Positions 48,794-58,849 of a stretch of DNA of 64,000 nucleotides are shown here, in pieces. Every line of letters starts with the position of its first letter. Position 1 is the stretch's first letter. Source of the DNA: Fimbriimonadales bacterium. GTDB lineage: Bacteria > Armatimonadota > Fimbriimonadia > Fimbriimonadales > ATM1. The stretch spans positions 96,001 to 160,000 of the forward strand of contig JBPCLO010000026.1 of NCBI GenBank assembly GCA_051003155.1. The letters are read 5' to 3'. A program made the translations under genes and the position numbers. The notes beneath the pieces were generated by a model that had not been told where the DNA came from, did not search any database, and saw nothing but the letters and a program-made list of their open reading frames with translations.

Positions 48794-51191
48794 AGTCGAC
48801 CTTAAAGTCCGCGACGAGGAACTCGAAGACTCCGAAACTCGTCCGGAAATTCCGTCCGAGCTCAGCCTGCTCCCCCTTCGCGATTCCGTTATATATCCCA
48901 TGCTCATCGCACCACTGTCGGTCGCAAGGCCGCACAGCGTGCAGTTGATCGAAGAGAGCGTCGTGGGGAGCAATCGTGTCATCGGCGTCGTCGCGCAGCG
49001 GGACCCAAATGTAGAGATTCCGACTGGCGAGGACATCTTCAGCTCCGGGTGCGTGGTGATCGTGCGTACACTCGTGAAGATGCCCGACGCGGTGCGGCTA
49101 ATCGTTCAGGGGGTCACGCGGTTCAAGATCGTCGAGGTTCTTCAGAAGGAACCGTATTTACGCGCGCGAATCGAGACGATCGAGGAAAAGGCTCCTTTCA
49201 ACGCCAATTCCGAAGAGATCGAGGCGCTTAGACGAACCGTCACCACCCTCTTCGAGCGGTGCGTCGCGCTAGCTCCGCAGCTTCCAGACGAACTCCGGTC
49301 CTTGACTCAGGCGGTCCAAGAACCTAACGTAATGGCCGACCTCATCGCGGCACATATGCCGTTCGCCTTGGAGGACAAACAGCAGGTTTTGGAAACGGTC
49401 GACCTGGTTGAACGATTGCGGCTTTTGATAGAACTGCTCGGGCGCGAGGCCCGAGTTTTGGAATTGAGCTCGAAAGTGCAGAGCGAGGTCAACACTGAGC
49501 TGAGCAAGTCGCAACGGGATTACTACCTCCGTGAGCAACTCAAGGCCATTCAGAAAGAACTCGGGGAATCCGATGACCGCGAACAAGAACTCGACGAATT
49601 GCGGAGGACCATCGACGAAGCGGGCATACGCGAAGAAGCTCTACGCGAGGTCAACCGCGAGTACGACCGGCTAAGAAGGATGTCGGCCGGGGCGCCGGAA
49701 TATACGGTAGCAAGAACTTATATCGACTGGATGATCTCCCTTCCTTGGCAAAAGGATACGGAAGACAACCTCGACCTCGCCCGCGTCAAGAAGATTCTCG
49801 ATAAGGATCATTACGGCCTCCAGAAAATTAAAGAGCGTATCATCGAATTTCTAGCCGTACGTAAATTCAAGAAGTCCGGTGTTGTGCGTCAACCGATACT
49901 TTGTTTTGTTGGCCCCCCTGGGGTGGGAAAGACATCTCTGGGCCGATCTATTGCAAGAGCGATGGGCCGCGAATTCGTGCGCGTATCTTTGGGAGGGATG
50001 CGCGACGAGGCGGAGATTCGCGGTCATCGCAGAACCTATATCGGCGCCCTTCCTGGGCAAATTATCCAGGGTATCCGTCGAGCAGGCAGCAATAATCCGG
50101 TTTTTATGCTCGATGAGATCGATAAGCTCGGAACGGATTTTAGAGGCGACCCTAGTTCGGCTCTTTTGGAGGTTTTGGACCCCGAGCAGAACGCCAATTT
50201 CCGGGACCATTATATCGACGCGCCGTTCGACCTGAGTCGGGTTTTCTTTGTCACGACAGCGAATATTCTGGACACGATTCCACCGCCACTTCGCGACAGG
50301 ATGGAAATCATCGAACTCGGCGGCTATACCGAAGAAGAAAAGGTGGAGATAGCGATGCGGCATTTGGTCCCGAAACAGATCGAAGAGCACGGGATCGAGC
50401 CGCAGGCACTGATTTGGTCGAAGGTCGCACTTCGATATCTAATTCATTCGTACACGCGCGAAGCGGGAGTCAGGAATCTGGAGCGTGAAATCGCGTCCGT
50501 AACGCGCAAGGCCACACGAATGTTCGCCGAGGGGCAGACTCCGCGTATCCGAGTCAACAAGGCCTTCGTCGAACAGTGCTTGGGCAGCCCCCGCTTTATA
50601 AGGGACGAGGTTTCCGAAAGGGAAATGAAACCGGGAATCGCGGTGGGTTTGGTGTGGACTCCTGTCGGCGGAGACATCGTGTTCGTCGAATCCGCGGCAA
50701 TGCCTGGCAAGGGCGAATTGTTGCTAACGGGCCAACTGGGTGACGTGATGAAAGAGTCGGCGCGCGCGGCCCTGAGCTACATACGGACGCACGCCGACGA
50801 GCGGGGAATCGACCCTAAAATCTTTGCCGACACCGAGGTCCACGTTCACGTGCCGGCAGGAGCGATTCCCAAAGACGGGCCGAGCGCGGGCGTCACGATG
50901 CTGACCGCTCTCACCAGCCTCTTTACCCACAAGCCTATCAAGCCGCGGCTGGCGATGACCGGCGAGCTAACTCTGACCGGCCAAGTGCTTCCCGTAGGGG
51001 GAATAAAGGAGAAAGTCTTGGCGGCTCATCGAGCCGGAATCGAAACTCTGATTCTGCCGGACCGTAATGAGAAAGATTATCGGGAAGACATTCCTGAGGA
51101 GGTGCGCGATAAATTGACCACGCACTTTGTAGAGGACGCCAAACAGGTGCTACGGTTAGCGCTTGGCCCGAAATCGAGAGCCGCGAAATAG
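48786..51191 (+). CDS. lon: Lon protease
   Basis: GPPGVGKTS, RGHRRTYIGA, PKDGPSAG, GGIKEK. Confidence 0.99.
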   Translation: MAEVDLKVRDEELEDSETRPEIPSELSLLPLRDSVIYPMLIAPLSVARPHSVQLIEESVVGSNRVIGVVAQRDPNVEIPTGEDIFSSGCVVIVRTLVKMPDAVRLIVQGVTRFKIVEVLQKEPYLRARIETIEEKAPFNANSEEIEALRRTVTTLFERCVALAPQLPDELRSLTQAVQEPNVMADLIAAHMPFALEDKQQVLETVDLVERLRLLIELLGREARVLELSSKVQSEVNTELSKSQRDYYLREQLKAIQKELGESDDREQELDELRRTIDEAGIREEALREVNREYDRLRRMSAGAPEYTVARTYIDWMISLPWQKDTEDNLDLARVKKILDKDHYGLQKIKERIIEFLAVRKFKKSGVVRQPILCFVGPPGVGKTSLGRSIARAMGREFVRVSLGGMRDEAEIRGHRRTYIGALPGQIIQGIRRAGSNNPVFMLDEIDKLGTDFRGDPSSALLEVLDPEQNANFRDHYIDAPFDLSRVFFVTTANILDTIPPPLRDRMEIIELGGYTEEEKVEIAMRHLVPKQIEEHGIEPQALIWSKVALRYLIHSYTREAGVRNLEREIASVTRKATRMFAEGQTPRIRVNKAFVEQCLGSPRFIRDEVSEREMKPGIAVGLVWTPVGGDIVFVESAAMPGKGELLLTGQLGDVMKESARAALSYIRTHADERGIDPKIFADTEVHVHVPAGAIPKDGPSAGVTMLTALTSLFTHKPIKPRLAMTGELTLTGQVLPVGGIKEKVLAAHRAGIETLILPDRNEKDYREDIPEEVRDKLTTHFVEDAKQVLRLALGPKSRAAK

Positions 51192-51221
51192 TTCTGAATC
51201 GCGACATGCATAGAGGGGCCC

Positions 51222-51959
51222 GTGAGACGCCAGAATAGGGTTGAGATTCTCGGAATCGGCGTCGATGCGGTCAATATGGTGGAAGCGATCGCAATTATCG
51301 AGGAATTTATCGCTAATGGTAAGCCGTCGATCGTCGTTACGGCCGATGCGAGCGGCATAGTTGCGGCTCAAACGGATGAGCGGTGGCGCAAGATTATGGA
51401 GGATGCGGACCTCGTCACACCTGATAGCGTCGGAGTTCTGTGGGCAGCAGGCAAGGTCGGTTCGCCGTTCGAAGAGCGGGTCAGCGGCGTCGATATTGTT
51501 GAGAAGTTAGCCGAGTTGAGCGCGCGAAAAGGGTACCGCCTTTACTTCCTAGGGGCTGCCCCTGGAGTTGCGCAAACGGCGGCAGATGCGCTCTGTGCGC
51601 GTTTTCAGGGTGCCGTTATCGCTGGGGTTCGGGACGGCTATTTTTCGGCCGCCGAGGAGCCCGACATTGTTGCGCACATTCGAAAGGCAAACCCGGATGT
51701 TTTATTTGTGGCGATGGGAATACCGAAGCAGGAAACCTTTATTACCGAGCACATGAATGAAATTGCCGCCAAGGTGTCGATCGGTGTGGGTGGAAGCTTC
51801 GACGTATTTAGTGGAAATGTAAAGCGCGCGCCGCACTTTATTCAGAATTTGCGCTTGGAATGGCTTTGGCGCCTGATCCAAAATCCGCGGAAATGGCGGA
51901 AGGTGGCGTCATTGCCAAAATTCTGGTGGCTCGTGATGCGCTCAGGGCGCCGGGTCTGA
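51222..51959 (+). CDS. WecB/TagA/CpsF family glycosyltransferase
   Basis: ERVSGVD, MGIPKQE, GVGGSFD, LEWLWRL. Confidence 0.95.
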   Translation: MRRQNRVEILGIGVDAVNMVEAIAIIEEFIANGKPSIVVTADASGIVAAQTDERWRKIMEDADLVTPDSVGVLWAAGKVGSPFEERVSGVDIVEKLAELSARKGYRLYFLGAAPGVAQTAADALCARFQGAVIAGVRDGYFSAAEEPDIVAHIRKANPDVLFVAMGIPKQETFITEHMNEIAAKVSIGVGGSFDVFSGNVKRAPHFIQNLRLEWLWRLIQNPRKWRKVASLPKFWWLVMRSGRRV

Positions 51960-53738
51960 CACTTCGATGAGAATGTAACGGTCGCCCTCGTATACGATCC
52001 TGCCGAGTTGTCCGAAGAAAGCCAACCCCTGAACGCCCAGCAGATCGGCAGGTTCTCCTTTGGGCGCCACGATAAACGTTGCTTTAGACATCTCGATTAG
52101 GGCCCTTGCCGATTCAGGCGTCGATCCTTGCGAGTAGAGCCCGATTGACAAGTCCCGACGGCGACCCACGTAATCGGGGGTTTCGCTCCAGTGACCCGCC
52201 CAGGATTTGACTCCCGCCCAACCGGAAAGCACAGGATTCAGGTCAGGGATGGCAACCGCAAACGAATCCGGCCTCGTGGAGATGGGAAGCCCAGGCATGG
52301 CAAGGACGGCGTCTTCCCTGGCTTCGCTCGCTTGCAGGTAGCTTAAGATTCTCGAGACATCTTTCTCCCAGAAAACGCTTTGCACGGTCGTATTGCTAAT
52401 GTTATCGACAGCCATCATGGCCTCGCGGTAGAGCCACCCGGCGGATGAGATCGAAACGGCGGCGATCATTACGGCAGCAGCGAGCACCCGCTCGCGTCCC
52501 TTTAGACGGCCCGTGAGAGTTCCGATGGCCCACCCTGCGCATAGCCCAATCGGGATGCTGAGCCCCATCGCGAGCTTTCGCTGGAACAAGCCGGGGTAGT
52601 AGAGGGCTGCAAGTCCCATCAGAACCCATGCACTGATCAAGCCCCGAATGGGTCGGTCCGTGGGATATGCGCCCAGAACCGCCACAAATGTCAAAGCAAG
52701 GCTGATCCACGCCAATGGTATGAGAAGCTGGTTTGGTGCGACCGCGCCCGACTCGAGTCGGAGGAAGAGGTGCAGCATAGCGACTAAGCAAATCGGAGCG
52801 CCAATGTAAAGGTTTCGTTCTCGCGGCCCCGCCCTCCAATGCCAGCAGGCTACCAAGGCCAAGGACAGTAGAGGCCCATATCCGAGCAGCACGTTCGCGA
52901 GCGGAGCCGAAAGCGTCGGCGTCTCGCCTCGCTGTGCGAAAACGGGGTCATTCGCTCGAACATAAAGGAACCAGAGGAGCGGCGGAATTGCACCAGACGC
53001 GATCGTGACCGCCCGGCCCACCCAAGCGCCAGTCGCTTGTTTCGCGCCGATCTGCGTCGCCAAGAACCCGGCGGCGACGATGGCGATTGTCAGCGTGTCG
53101 TACGTATGGATGTTCGTGAGGACGAACATCGCCAGGAACCCCGGCAACACCGGCTTCCAGGAATCGCGCGCGTCGAGGATCTTGTTCCAGATCACGCAAA
53201 TCAGCCATAGCGCCGCGCAAAACAGGCCGTTTTGCATGAGCGAAGGAAAGGTAAGTGCCTCCGGCTGCCATACATCGATCGGGCCTTCGTGGCCGTACCT
53301 GCGCCAGACCAGCCATCCGACTCCTGCACCTAAAATCGTCGTAGCCATCGCTGTGAACCGGACGAGTTGGGACTCGCTCAACCTCCTGGCCAACCCATAA
53401 AGGGACATCAGAAAGAGCAGTCCAAAGACCGCTTTTGCGAGGTGCATCGCGAGCGAAATGCCGGTGAGCCGGCTCAGGGTTCCTGTCGCCCAGAAGTAGA
53501 GGTTCACGGTCAGCCCCGGCTGGGGATCGGTGGTGAGCAGGTTCTCGAAGAAAAACCTGCCTTCCTGCGCCTGCTTCATCCACGCCGCATAGACCGCGTG
53601 GTCGTCGTAATTGCTGTGGACGCCCAGATAGAGCGTGCCCACGGGCTGGATGGCCAAGGCGAGCAAGTATGGCGTCGCAGTCAGGAAGAGAGTGGCGGCT
53701 GCGAGCAGCCAGAACCACCTTGGGTAACTGCGCTCCAC
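51942..53738 (-). CDS. Multi-pass membrane protein, GT-C-like
   Basis: About 13 TM segments, N-terminal loop DDHAVYAAWMKQ, C-terminal soluble domain with GHWSETP. Confidence 0.75.
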   Translation of the reverse strand: MERSYPRWFWLLAAATLFLTATPYLLALAIQPVGTLYLGVHSNYDDHAVYAAWMKQAQEGRFFFENLLTTDPQPGLTVNLYFWATGTLSRLTGISLAMHLAKAVFGLLFLMSLYGLARRLSESQLVRFTAMATTILGAGVGWLVWRRYGHEGPIDVWQPEALTFPSLMQNGLFCAALWLICVIWNKILDARDSWKPVLPGFLAMFVLTNIHTYDTLTIAIVAAGFLATQIGAKQATGAWVGRAVTIASGAIPPLLWFLYVRANDPVFAQRGETPTLSAPLANVLLGYGPLLSLALVACWHWRAGPRERNLYIGAPICLVAMLHLFLRLESGAVAPNQLLIPLAWISLALTFVAVLGAYPTDRPIRGLISAWVLMGLAALYYPGLFQRKLAMGLSIPIGLCAGWAIGTLTGRLKGRERVLAAAVMIAAVSISSAGWLYREAMMAVDNISNTTVQSVFWEKDVSRILSYLQASEAREDAVLAMPGLPISTRPDSFAVAIPDLNPVLSGWAGVKSWAGHWSETPDYVGRRRDLSIGLYSQGSTPESARALIEMSKATFIVAPKGEPADLLGVQGLAFFGQLGRIVYEGDRYILIEVSDPAP

Positions 53739-53742
53739 GAGG

Positions 53743-54117
53743 TTACTTCTGGCCGGGCGGCTTTCGGCCCATCGATTCGTAGATGCCGAGAATCATGTCG
53801 CGATTCTTGACGGCCTCATCGTTCTTGGGATCGAGTTTCAGGGCCTCGGCGTAGAGGTCGAGCGCCATCGGGTATTTGACTTTCGGAGGGCCGTCTCCCT
53901 TCATTACGGCGCTGGCATATGCCACGGTGGCGCCGACAAATTCATCCCTCGTCTCGGGGTCCTTTGCGAACACGGCCTTCGCGGATTCGTAGCCGACTTG
54001 GAGGGCGCCAACGTCTTTGCCAGCCGCCGGGACCTTGGGAACTGTCGGCCTTTCCGGCTCGGGCGACGAACAACCGCAAATCAATAGGGCGGCGCAAGCG
54101 ATATGCCAGGGTTTCAC
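53743..54117 (-). CDS. TPR-like lipoprotein
   Basis: Lipobox ICGC; ALDLYAEALKLDPKN TPR-like helix pair. Confidence 0.75.
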   Translation of the reverse strand: MKPWHIACAALLICGCSSPEPERPTVPKVPAAGKDVGALQVGYESAKAVFAKDPETRDEFVGATVAYASAVMKGDGPPKVKYPMALDLYAEALKLDPKNDEAVKNRDMILGIYESMGRKPPGQK

Positions 54118-54142
54118 GCTCGAATGTTACCGCTTCAGGGAC

Positions 54143-54587
54143 TGTGTGTCGACGTCGGCTCTTTTTACACCCAACCCATTAGGCGTCGTCACGTGCCAAG
54201 GAAAGTAACGTGATGACGCCGGAATCGACGAAGCAGACTGCCGCTGCCGTGGCGGGCCGGCTTCGGGACTTGGTTTTCGTTGCGCCGTGTGGTTGACGAC
54301 TTGCGACCGTCGAGTGACGCCGATTCATCGTCAAGCTACACCCATCATACTCACCGCTGTTCGCCACTAACTGAGTAGACCGCAGGTTCAGATTATGGCT
54401 GACCGCCGGTTATCAGGTCCATCAGAGGGCCGGCGGCCAAGCGTAGCTTTGCCCACGCTAATGGGACACCAAAATTCGCTTTGACAACCGAAAGGGAGTT
54501 CCCGCGTAGCCACTGGCCCCGCTTATGGCCGGAGATCGAGCACGGGTAAGCGCGCGGGAGCTTACCGAACGCGAATGTCGACGTGCG
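54143..54587 (+). ncRNA. Candidate large structured ncRNA of unknown family
   Basis: Multiple nested helices with G-U pairs mostly on + strand (see findings); no credible ORF. Confidence 0.45.
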
Positions 54588-54805
54588 CTTGCCCATGGTG
54601 GGTATCAATTTATCGTGATCGTCCACTTGGCATGGTTGACCTCGACCTTCCACAAGTAACCGCTTCTGTGCCTTCTTGGACGAATCGCTTATCTTGGTTC
54701 CGCTGGGATCAGGGACGACGACTGTGTCTGCCTGCTAAGCTCCACGCTCCGCTTAGGCGATCGGTAACTCCCGGCTACTACAGACCTTGCCTAGAACGGA
54801 GACCG

Positions 54806-54970
54806 TTAGTCGCGAGGTTCCGGAATATCCACGTTGTACGGACCGACGACGGAGCGATCAGCCGAGCAGTGTTCCTCGGCCTCGAGTTTGATTTGCTCTT
54901 TAGGCCCTGGGTCACCGACAGCTTTGACCTTCTTCCCGCGCTTGCGTGATTCGGTACTTCCCTTCTGCAT
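54806..54970 (-). CDS. Small hypothetical protein
   Basis: MQKGSTESRK...DIPEPRD with AGGAG RBS; the ORF-track start further upstream is possible. Confidence 0.4.
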   Translation of the reverse strand: MQKGSTESRKRGKKVKAVGDPGPKEQIKLEAEEHCSADRSVVGPYNVDIPEPRD

Positions 54971-55116
54971 CAATTTCTCCTGGCGCTCTTCATCGAGGAC
55001 CACAACGGCACTTCTTCGGGCCGTCGTGGCCGAACTGCTATACCGTAATACTACTCTTTCGCCGCAGCCGGTATTGCCTCCTTCCGAATCGGAGTCATTA
55101 TTAACTGAGGCGAAAT

Positions 55117-55317
55117 ATGAATACCAAAGTCTGGCTTGTTTTGTGCGTCGGCCTGGGCGCGTTGGCGCTTCTCGCCTACGAATTAAGTTGTGACAAAGAT
55201 CGAGGCGAGACAGTTGAGTTCGACGAATGGGACGAGGTGGACGAAGCCTCCGAGGGCTCGTTCCCCGCTAGCGACGCGCCGAGTTGGACTCCCGTAAAAG
55301 GGGTCGGCAACGTTTAG
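55117..55317 (+). CDS. Small protein with conserved acidic DEASEGSFPASDAPSW motif
   Basis: N-terminal TM and a recognisable SFPASDxPSW motif; GAGG RBS. Confidence 0.75.
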   Translation: MNTKVWLVLCVGLGALALLAYELSCDKDRGETVEFDEWDEVDEASEGSFPASDAPSWTPVKGVGNV

Positions 55318-56198
55318 TAGCCCTTCGCACCAGCGCCTAGGATGGCGTGGCTCTCGTCGACCCCGTCGATACAGGTCCAGGCGGTAAAACCATCTTTTGA
55401 GGCCGCAGCGCCCCAATCGCCTTGAATCGAAACCGCGAAGACGACGCTGACTTGCTCGCGGGTCTCGGGCTTTCGGTCCACCATTATCTTGATCGCGGCA
55501 TCGCATGCCTCTTGGGCATTCATCCCGTCGCGCATGTTCTCGACAGCCCTGAACGATAGCATGAACCTCCAGATGTCCTCACCGACGCCGGTGGCCCCGG
55601 CTGCTCCGGCGGCGTCGTCCGCGTAGAACCCGCCTCCCATGATCGGAGAGTCTCCGACCCTACCAGGCAGCTTCCACGCAAGCCCGCTCGTGCTGCAAGC
55701 TGCAACCACGTGGCCGCCTTCTTCCCTGCCGACGATGGTGACCGTGTCGTGCGTCACGAGGTGCGCAACTTCGGCGGCGGTCTTATCCTTGCGCCATGCC
55801 TCGTAGCGGGCGAGGCTTTCTTGCGTCTGTAGGACTCTGCGTTCGAACCCGTTGCTCTCCGCGAACCTTGCCGCTTGGTCTCCGGCAAGCATAACGTGGG
55901 GTGTGTCCATCACGTGTCTGGCTACCGAAATGGCCGGAACGATGCCCCGCAGTGCGCATACCGCGCCCGCTCGCAACGATCGGCCATCCATCATCCCTGC
56001 GTCGAGCTCCTGTTCACCTTCTTCGTTCGGGAGCCCGCCCAGGCCGATCGCCATGAACTTCGGGTCCATTTCGACTTCGATCAACCCTTCTTCGCAGGCA
56101 GACAGCAGGTCGCTCTTTTGCAGGTAGCTCTCCCAGGCCCTGCGCACGCAAGGACCGCCGGGATCGGCCCAGGTGGAAACAAAGACGGTCGACACCAC
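55314..56198 (-). CDS. N(4)-(beta-N-acetylglucosaminyl)-L-asparaginase / isoaspartyl peptidase (Ntn hydrolase)
   Basis: ELDAGMMDG, HDT autocleavage site, STSG...GRVGDSP. Confidence 0.92.
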   Translation of the reverse strand: MVSTVFVSTWADPGGPCVRRAWESYLQKSDLLSACEEGLIEVEMDPKFMAIGLGGLPNEEGEQELDAGMMDGRSLRAGAVCALRGIVPAISVARHVMDTPHVMLAGDQAARFAESNGFERRVLQTQESLARYEAWRKDKTAAEVAHLVTHDTVTIVGREEGGHVVAACSTSGLAWKLPGRVGDSPIMGGGFYADDAAGAAGATGVGEDIWRFMLSFRAVENMRDGMNAQEACDAAIKIMVDRKPETREQVSVVFAVSIQGDWGAAASKDGFTAWTCIDGVDESHAILGAGAKGY

Positions 56199-56201
56199 CG
56201 G

Positions 56202-56687
56202 CTATTGGGTCCGAAGGACGACCGCGCCGTATTTCACTTCCCCGTGCGCGATCGGACGGACGATTTCCCAACCACCGCCCGTTCCCGACTCGTCGGCCGT
56301 TGCCGGGTCGATATCTGGAAACTTGGAGCCGGCCAGGTGATTTCTATCCGATGACGCCAGAACGGTGCCTTTGGTGTCTGTGATCGCGCATAGGGTGAAC
56401 CCCTTGATCCTCACCATGTCATCGACCACGCGCTGTAGGGTGTCTGTGTCATGCAGCGGGTCTTTGTTCCATAGGTCGAGAAGAGGAACGGCCGCTGTCG
56501 CAAAGGCTGCAGCGCTGTTGGCCGCTCCTTCCTTTCTGGCGTTGGACAGGCCAAAGTAAAGTTGTGAACCCAGGATCAAAGTCCCGATGCCGAGCAGGAT
56601 CGCCAGCCACTGGAACCCCTTCTTGCCCCAATCCGTCGGCTTCTTCTCCTCGACCCCCTCCACTCCTTGTTCCGGTGTATCGCTCAT
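56202..56687 (-). CDS. Hypothetical membrane-anchored protein with PAS/Cache-like domain
   Basis: Single TM, then ITDTKGTVLASSD and PI..G...GAV; GGAGG RBS. Confidence 0.65.
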   Translation of the reverse strand: MSDTPEQGVEGVEEKKPTDWGKKGFQWLAILLGIGTLILGSQLYFGLSNARKEGAANSAAAFATAAVPLLDLWNKDPLHDTDTLQRVVDDMVRIKGFTLCAITDTKGTVLASSDRNHLAGSKFPDIDPATADESGTGGGWEIVRPIAHGEVKYGAVVLRTQ

Positions 56688-56689
56688 TC

Positions 56690-57697
56690 TTATCCTCCTG
56701 GCAAAGCTGCGGACGCCAACGTGTCCATCCTCAAATCGTCCGCCTCGCCTTTCGCAAGCCTCCAACTGGCAACATGCGCGATCATGGCTGCGTTGTCGGT
56801 GCAAAGATCGAAAGGCGGCGTCACAAAGTCCAGACTTCGCTCGGTGGCCAGCAGCTTCAGTTTAGCGCGAAGTCGCTTGTTCGCTGCGACTCCGCCGACC
56901 ACCGTAATCGCCTTCGCGCCGGTCTCTTCGCACGCTCGGAGTGTGCGCTCCACCAGTACAGCGACGACCGTTTCCTCCATGCTTGCCGCGGCGGAAGCGA
57001 CGTCGAGGGATTCGTCTTCGTCTCTGGCCAAATAGAGAACGGCCGTTTTTAGCCCAGAAAAGCTGAAATCCAGCGTGGGCCCCCGCAAGCCGGCGGGCAG
57101 CTTATATTTCTTTTCGTCGCCGCTTTCAGCCGCACTCTGAATGGCTGGACCTCCTGGGTAGCCGAGTCCAAGAGCCCGGGCGGACTTATCGAAAGCCTCC
57201 CCAGCGGCATCATCGATGGTCCCCCCGACCTTCACGTATCCCCCGGCGGACTTCACGAAAACGAGCTCGGTATGTCCGCCCGAGACAAGCAGGCAGACGT
57301 GCGGAAACTCCACATCCGCGGCCATTAGAGAGGACAGTATATGAGCCTCCAAATGATGGATACCGACCATCGGCTTAGCAAGGGCGAGCGACACAGCTTT
57401 CGCGGCCGAGACACCAACCGACAGGGCGCCGACGAGCCCCGGCCGATTCGTCACGCCTACTCCGCCCATGTCATGGAGTGCGCAGCCGGATATCTTCAGG
57501 GCGGTGTCCAACGCCGGGATCAAGGCCTCGGTGTGCTTCCTGGCGGCGGCTTCCGGAACGACGCCCCCCCATTGGCGATGCAGCTCGGCCTGCGAACTGA
57601 CAACGTTGGCAAGGACATTGCGGCCGCGAACGACCGCCACCGAAGTTTCGTCACAGCTGGTTTCGATGCCGAGGACCGGGTTATCGAGGTATTTCAC
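56690..57697 (-). CDS. tsaD: tRNA N6-adenosine threonylcarbamoyltransferase TsaD
   Basis: LGIETSCDET, GGVVPE, HHLEAH, SGGHT, CTDNAAMI; GTGA overlap with rimI. Confidence 0.97.
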   Translation of the reverse strand: MKYLDNPVLGIETSCDETSVAVVRGRNVLANVVSSQAELHRQWGGVVPEAAARKHTEALIPALDTALKISGCALHDMGGVGVTNRPGLVGALSVGVSAAKAVSLALAKPMVGIHHLEAHILSSLMAADVEFPHVCLLVSGGHTELVFVKSAGGYVKVGGTIDDAAGEAFDKSARALGLGYPGGPAIQSAAESGDEKKYKLPAGLRGPTLDFSFSGLKTAVLYLARDEDESLDVASAAASMEETVVAVLVERTLRACEETGAKAITVVGGVAANKRLRAKLKLLATERSLDFVTPPFDLCTDNAAMIAHVASWRLAKGEADDLRMDTLASAALPGG

Positions 57698-58143
57698 GTT
57701 AGCCCATACAGCCACATGACGACTGCGTCCTCCTTGTCCTTGGGATAGTAACCCTTCCGAAGGCCGCACCGAACGAACCCGAGCTTTTCGTACAGCCTGA
57801 GGGCTGCCGCGTTGCCCGCGCGCACCTCGAGTGTCGAGCACGTATGACCCGTTGCTTTTGCGGACTCGAGGATTCTTTCCATCAGTTGGCGGCCCACGCC
57901 ATTCCTTCGGTGGTTGGGGTGGACGGCGATGTTCGTGACGTGCGCCTCGTCGATAATTGACCAATAGCCCGCAAATCCGACCAAGTTTGTATTGTGAGTA
58001 GCGACCAAGTAGGTGGCTTGAGGGTTGCTCATTTCCGCCCGGAAACTGCTTTCGGCCCACGGCGCCGGATTGCAAATTCGTTCGAGTTCCATTACCGCGG
58101 CCATGTGGCATTCGAGCATCGGCTCCACCTGATAGCAGGCCAT
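57694..58143 (-). CDS. rimI: Ribosomal-protein-alanine N-acetyltransferase
   Basis: EAHVTNIAV, LEVRAGN..A..LY, RKGYY...EDA. Confidence 0.93.
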   Translation of the reverse strand: MACYQVEPMLECHMAAVMELERICNPAPWAESSFRAEMSNPQATYLVATHNTNLVGFAGYWSIIDEAHVTNIAVHPNHRRNGVGRQLMERILESAKATGHTCSTLEVRAGNAAALRLYEKLGFVRCGLRKGYYPKDKEDAVVMWLYGLT

Positions 58144-58144
58144 C

Positions 58145-58849
58145 CTACCCGCCAAGATAAGCTTCGCGAACAGCAGGATTATCGAGCAGAGCCTTGCCGG
58201 TGTCGCTAAGGACGATCCGGCCGGTCTCGAGCACATAGGCGCGGTTCGCGAGGTCGAGTGCGCGATGCGCGTTCTGCTCGACGAGGAGCACCGTCACGCC
58301 CTCCGAATTGATGCGCCGGATGATCGAGAATATCTCCGTCACGAGATTGGGCGCGAGGCCGAGGCTCGGCTCGTCCAAAAGAAGGAGGCGGGGCCCCGCC
58401 ATCAATGCGCGGCCGATCGCAAGCATTTGCTGCTCCCCACCGCTCAGCGTCCCCGCGTTCTGTTTGATTCTCTCGCGGAGCCGCGGGAAGAGGTCCAGCG
58501 CCTTTTGGATATCGGATGATACCTCGGCATCCTTGCGGCAAAACGCACCGAGCTTAAGGTTTTCCAGTACCGACATATTTGTAAAGATGCGCCGCCCTTC
58601 GGGACAGTGGACGATTCCCTTTTGAACCACCAAGTGTGCTGGAAGGTTGTCGATTTCTTCGCCTTCGAACGTCACGCTTCCGGCCTTGCAACGGATGATC
58701 CCCGATATCGCCCTCAAGAGCGTGCTCTTCCCCGCTCCGTTCGACCCGATGATCGAGACAATTTCACCTTGATCGACGTCGACACAAAGGCCTTTCAGTG
58801 CGTGAATCGCTCCGTAGTAGACCTGCAAGTCTTTGATCGCAAGCATCAC
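58145..58849 (-). CDS. livF: LivF-type ABC ATP-binding protein
   Basis: GSNGAGKST, PEGRRIF, LSGGEQQM, DEPSLGLAP, VREAYLG. Confidence 0.92.
   Translation of the reverse strand: MMLAIKDLQVYYGAIHALKGLCVDVDQGEIVSIIGSNGAGKSTLLRAISGIIRCKAGSVTFEGEEIDNLPAHLVVQKGIVHCPEGRRIFTNMSVLENLKLGAFCRKDAEVSSDIQKALDLFPRLRERIKQNAGTLSGGEQQMLAIGRALMAGPRLLLLDEPSLGLAPNLVTEIFSIIRRINSEGVTVLLVEQNAHRALDLANRAYVLETGRIVLSDTGKALLDNPAVREAYLGG

Noticed and set aside
54148..54165. 23S rRNA-like string CGACGTCGGCTC
   Set aside because: The match is too short and does not extend convincingly
54143..54790. tmRNA (smpB is nearby), RNase P, SRP or group II intron
   Set aside because: No GGGG...TTCGAC start with T-arm/CCA end, no GAGGAAAGTCC, TCAGGTCC is not followed by GGAAGGAAGCAG, and there is a GTGTG but no domain V
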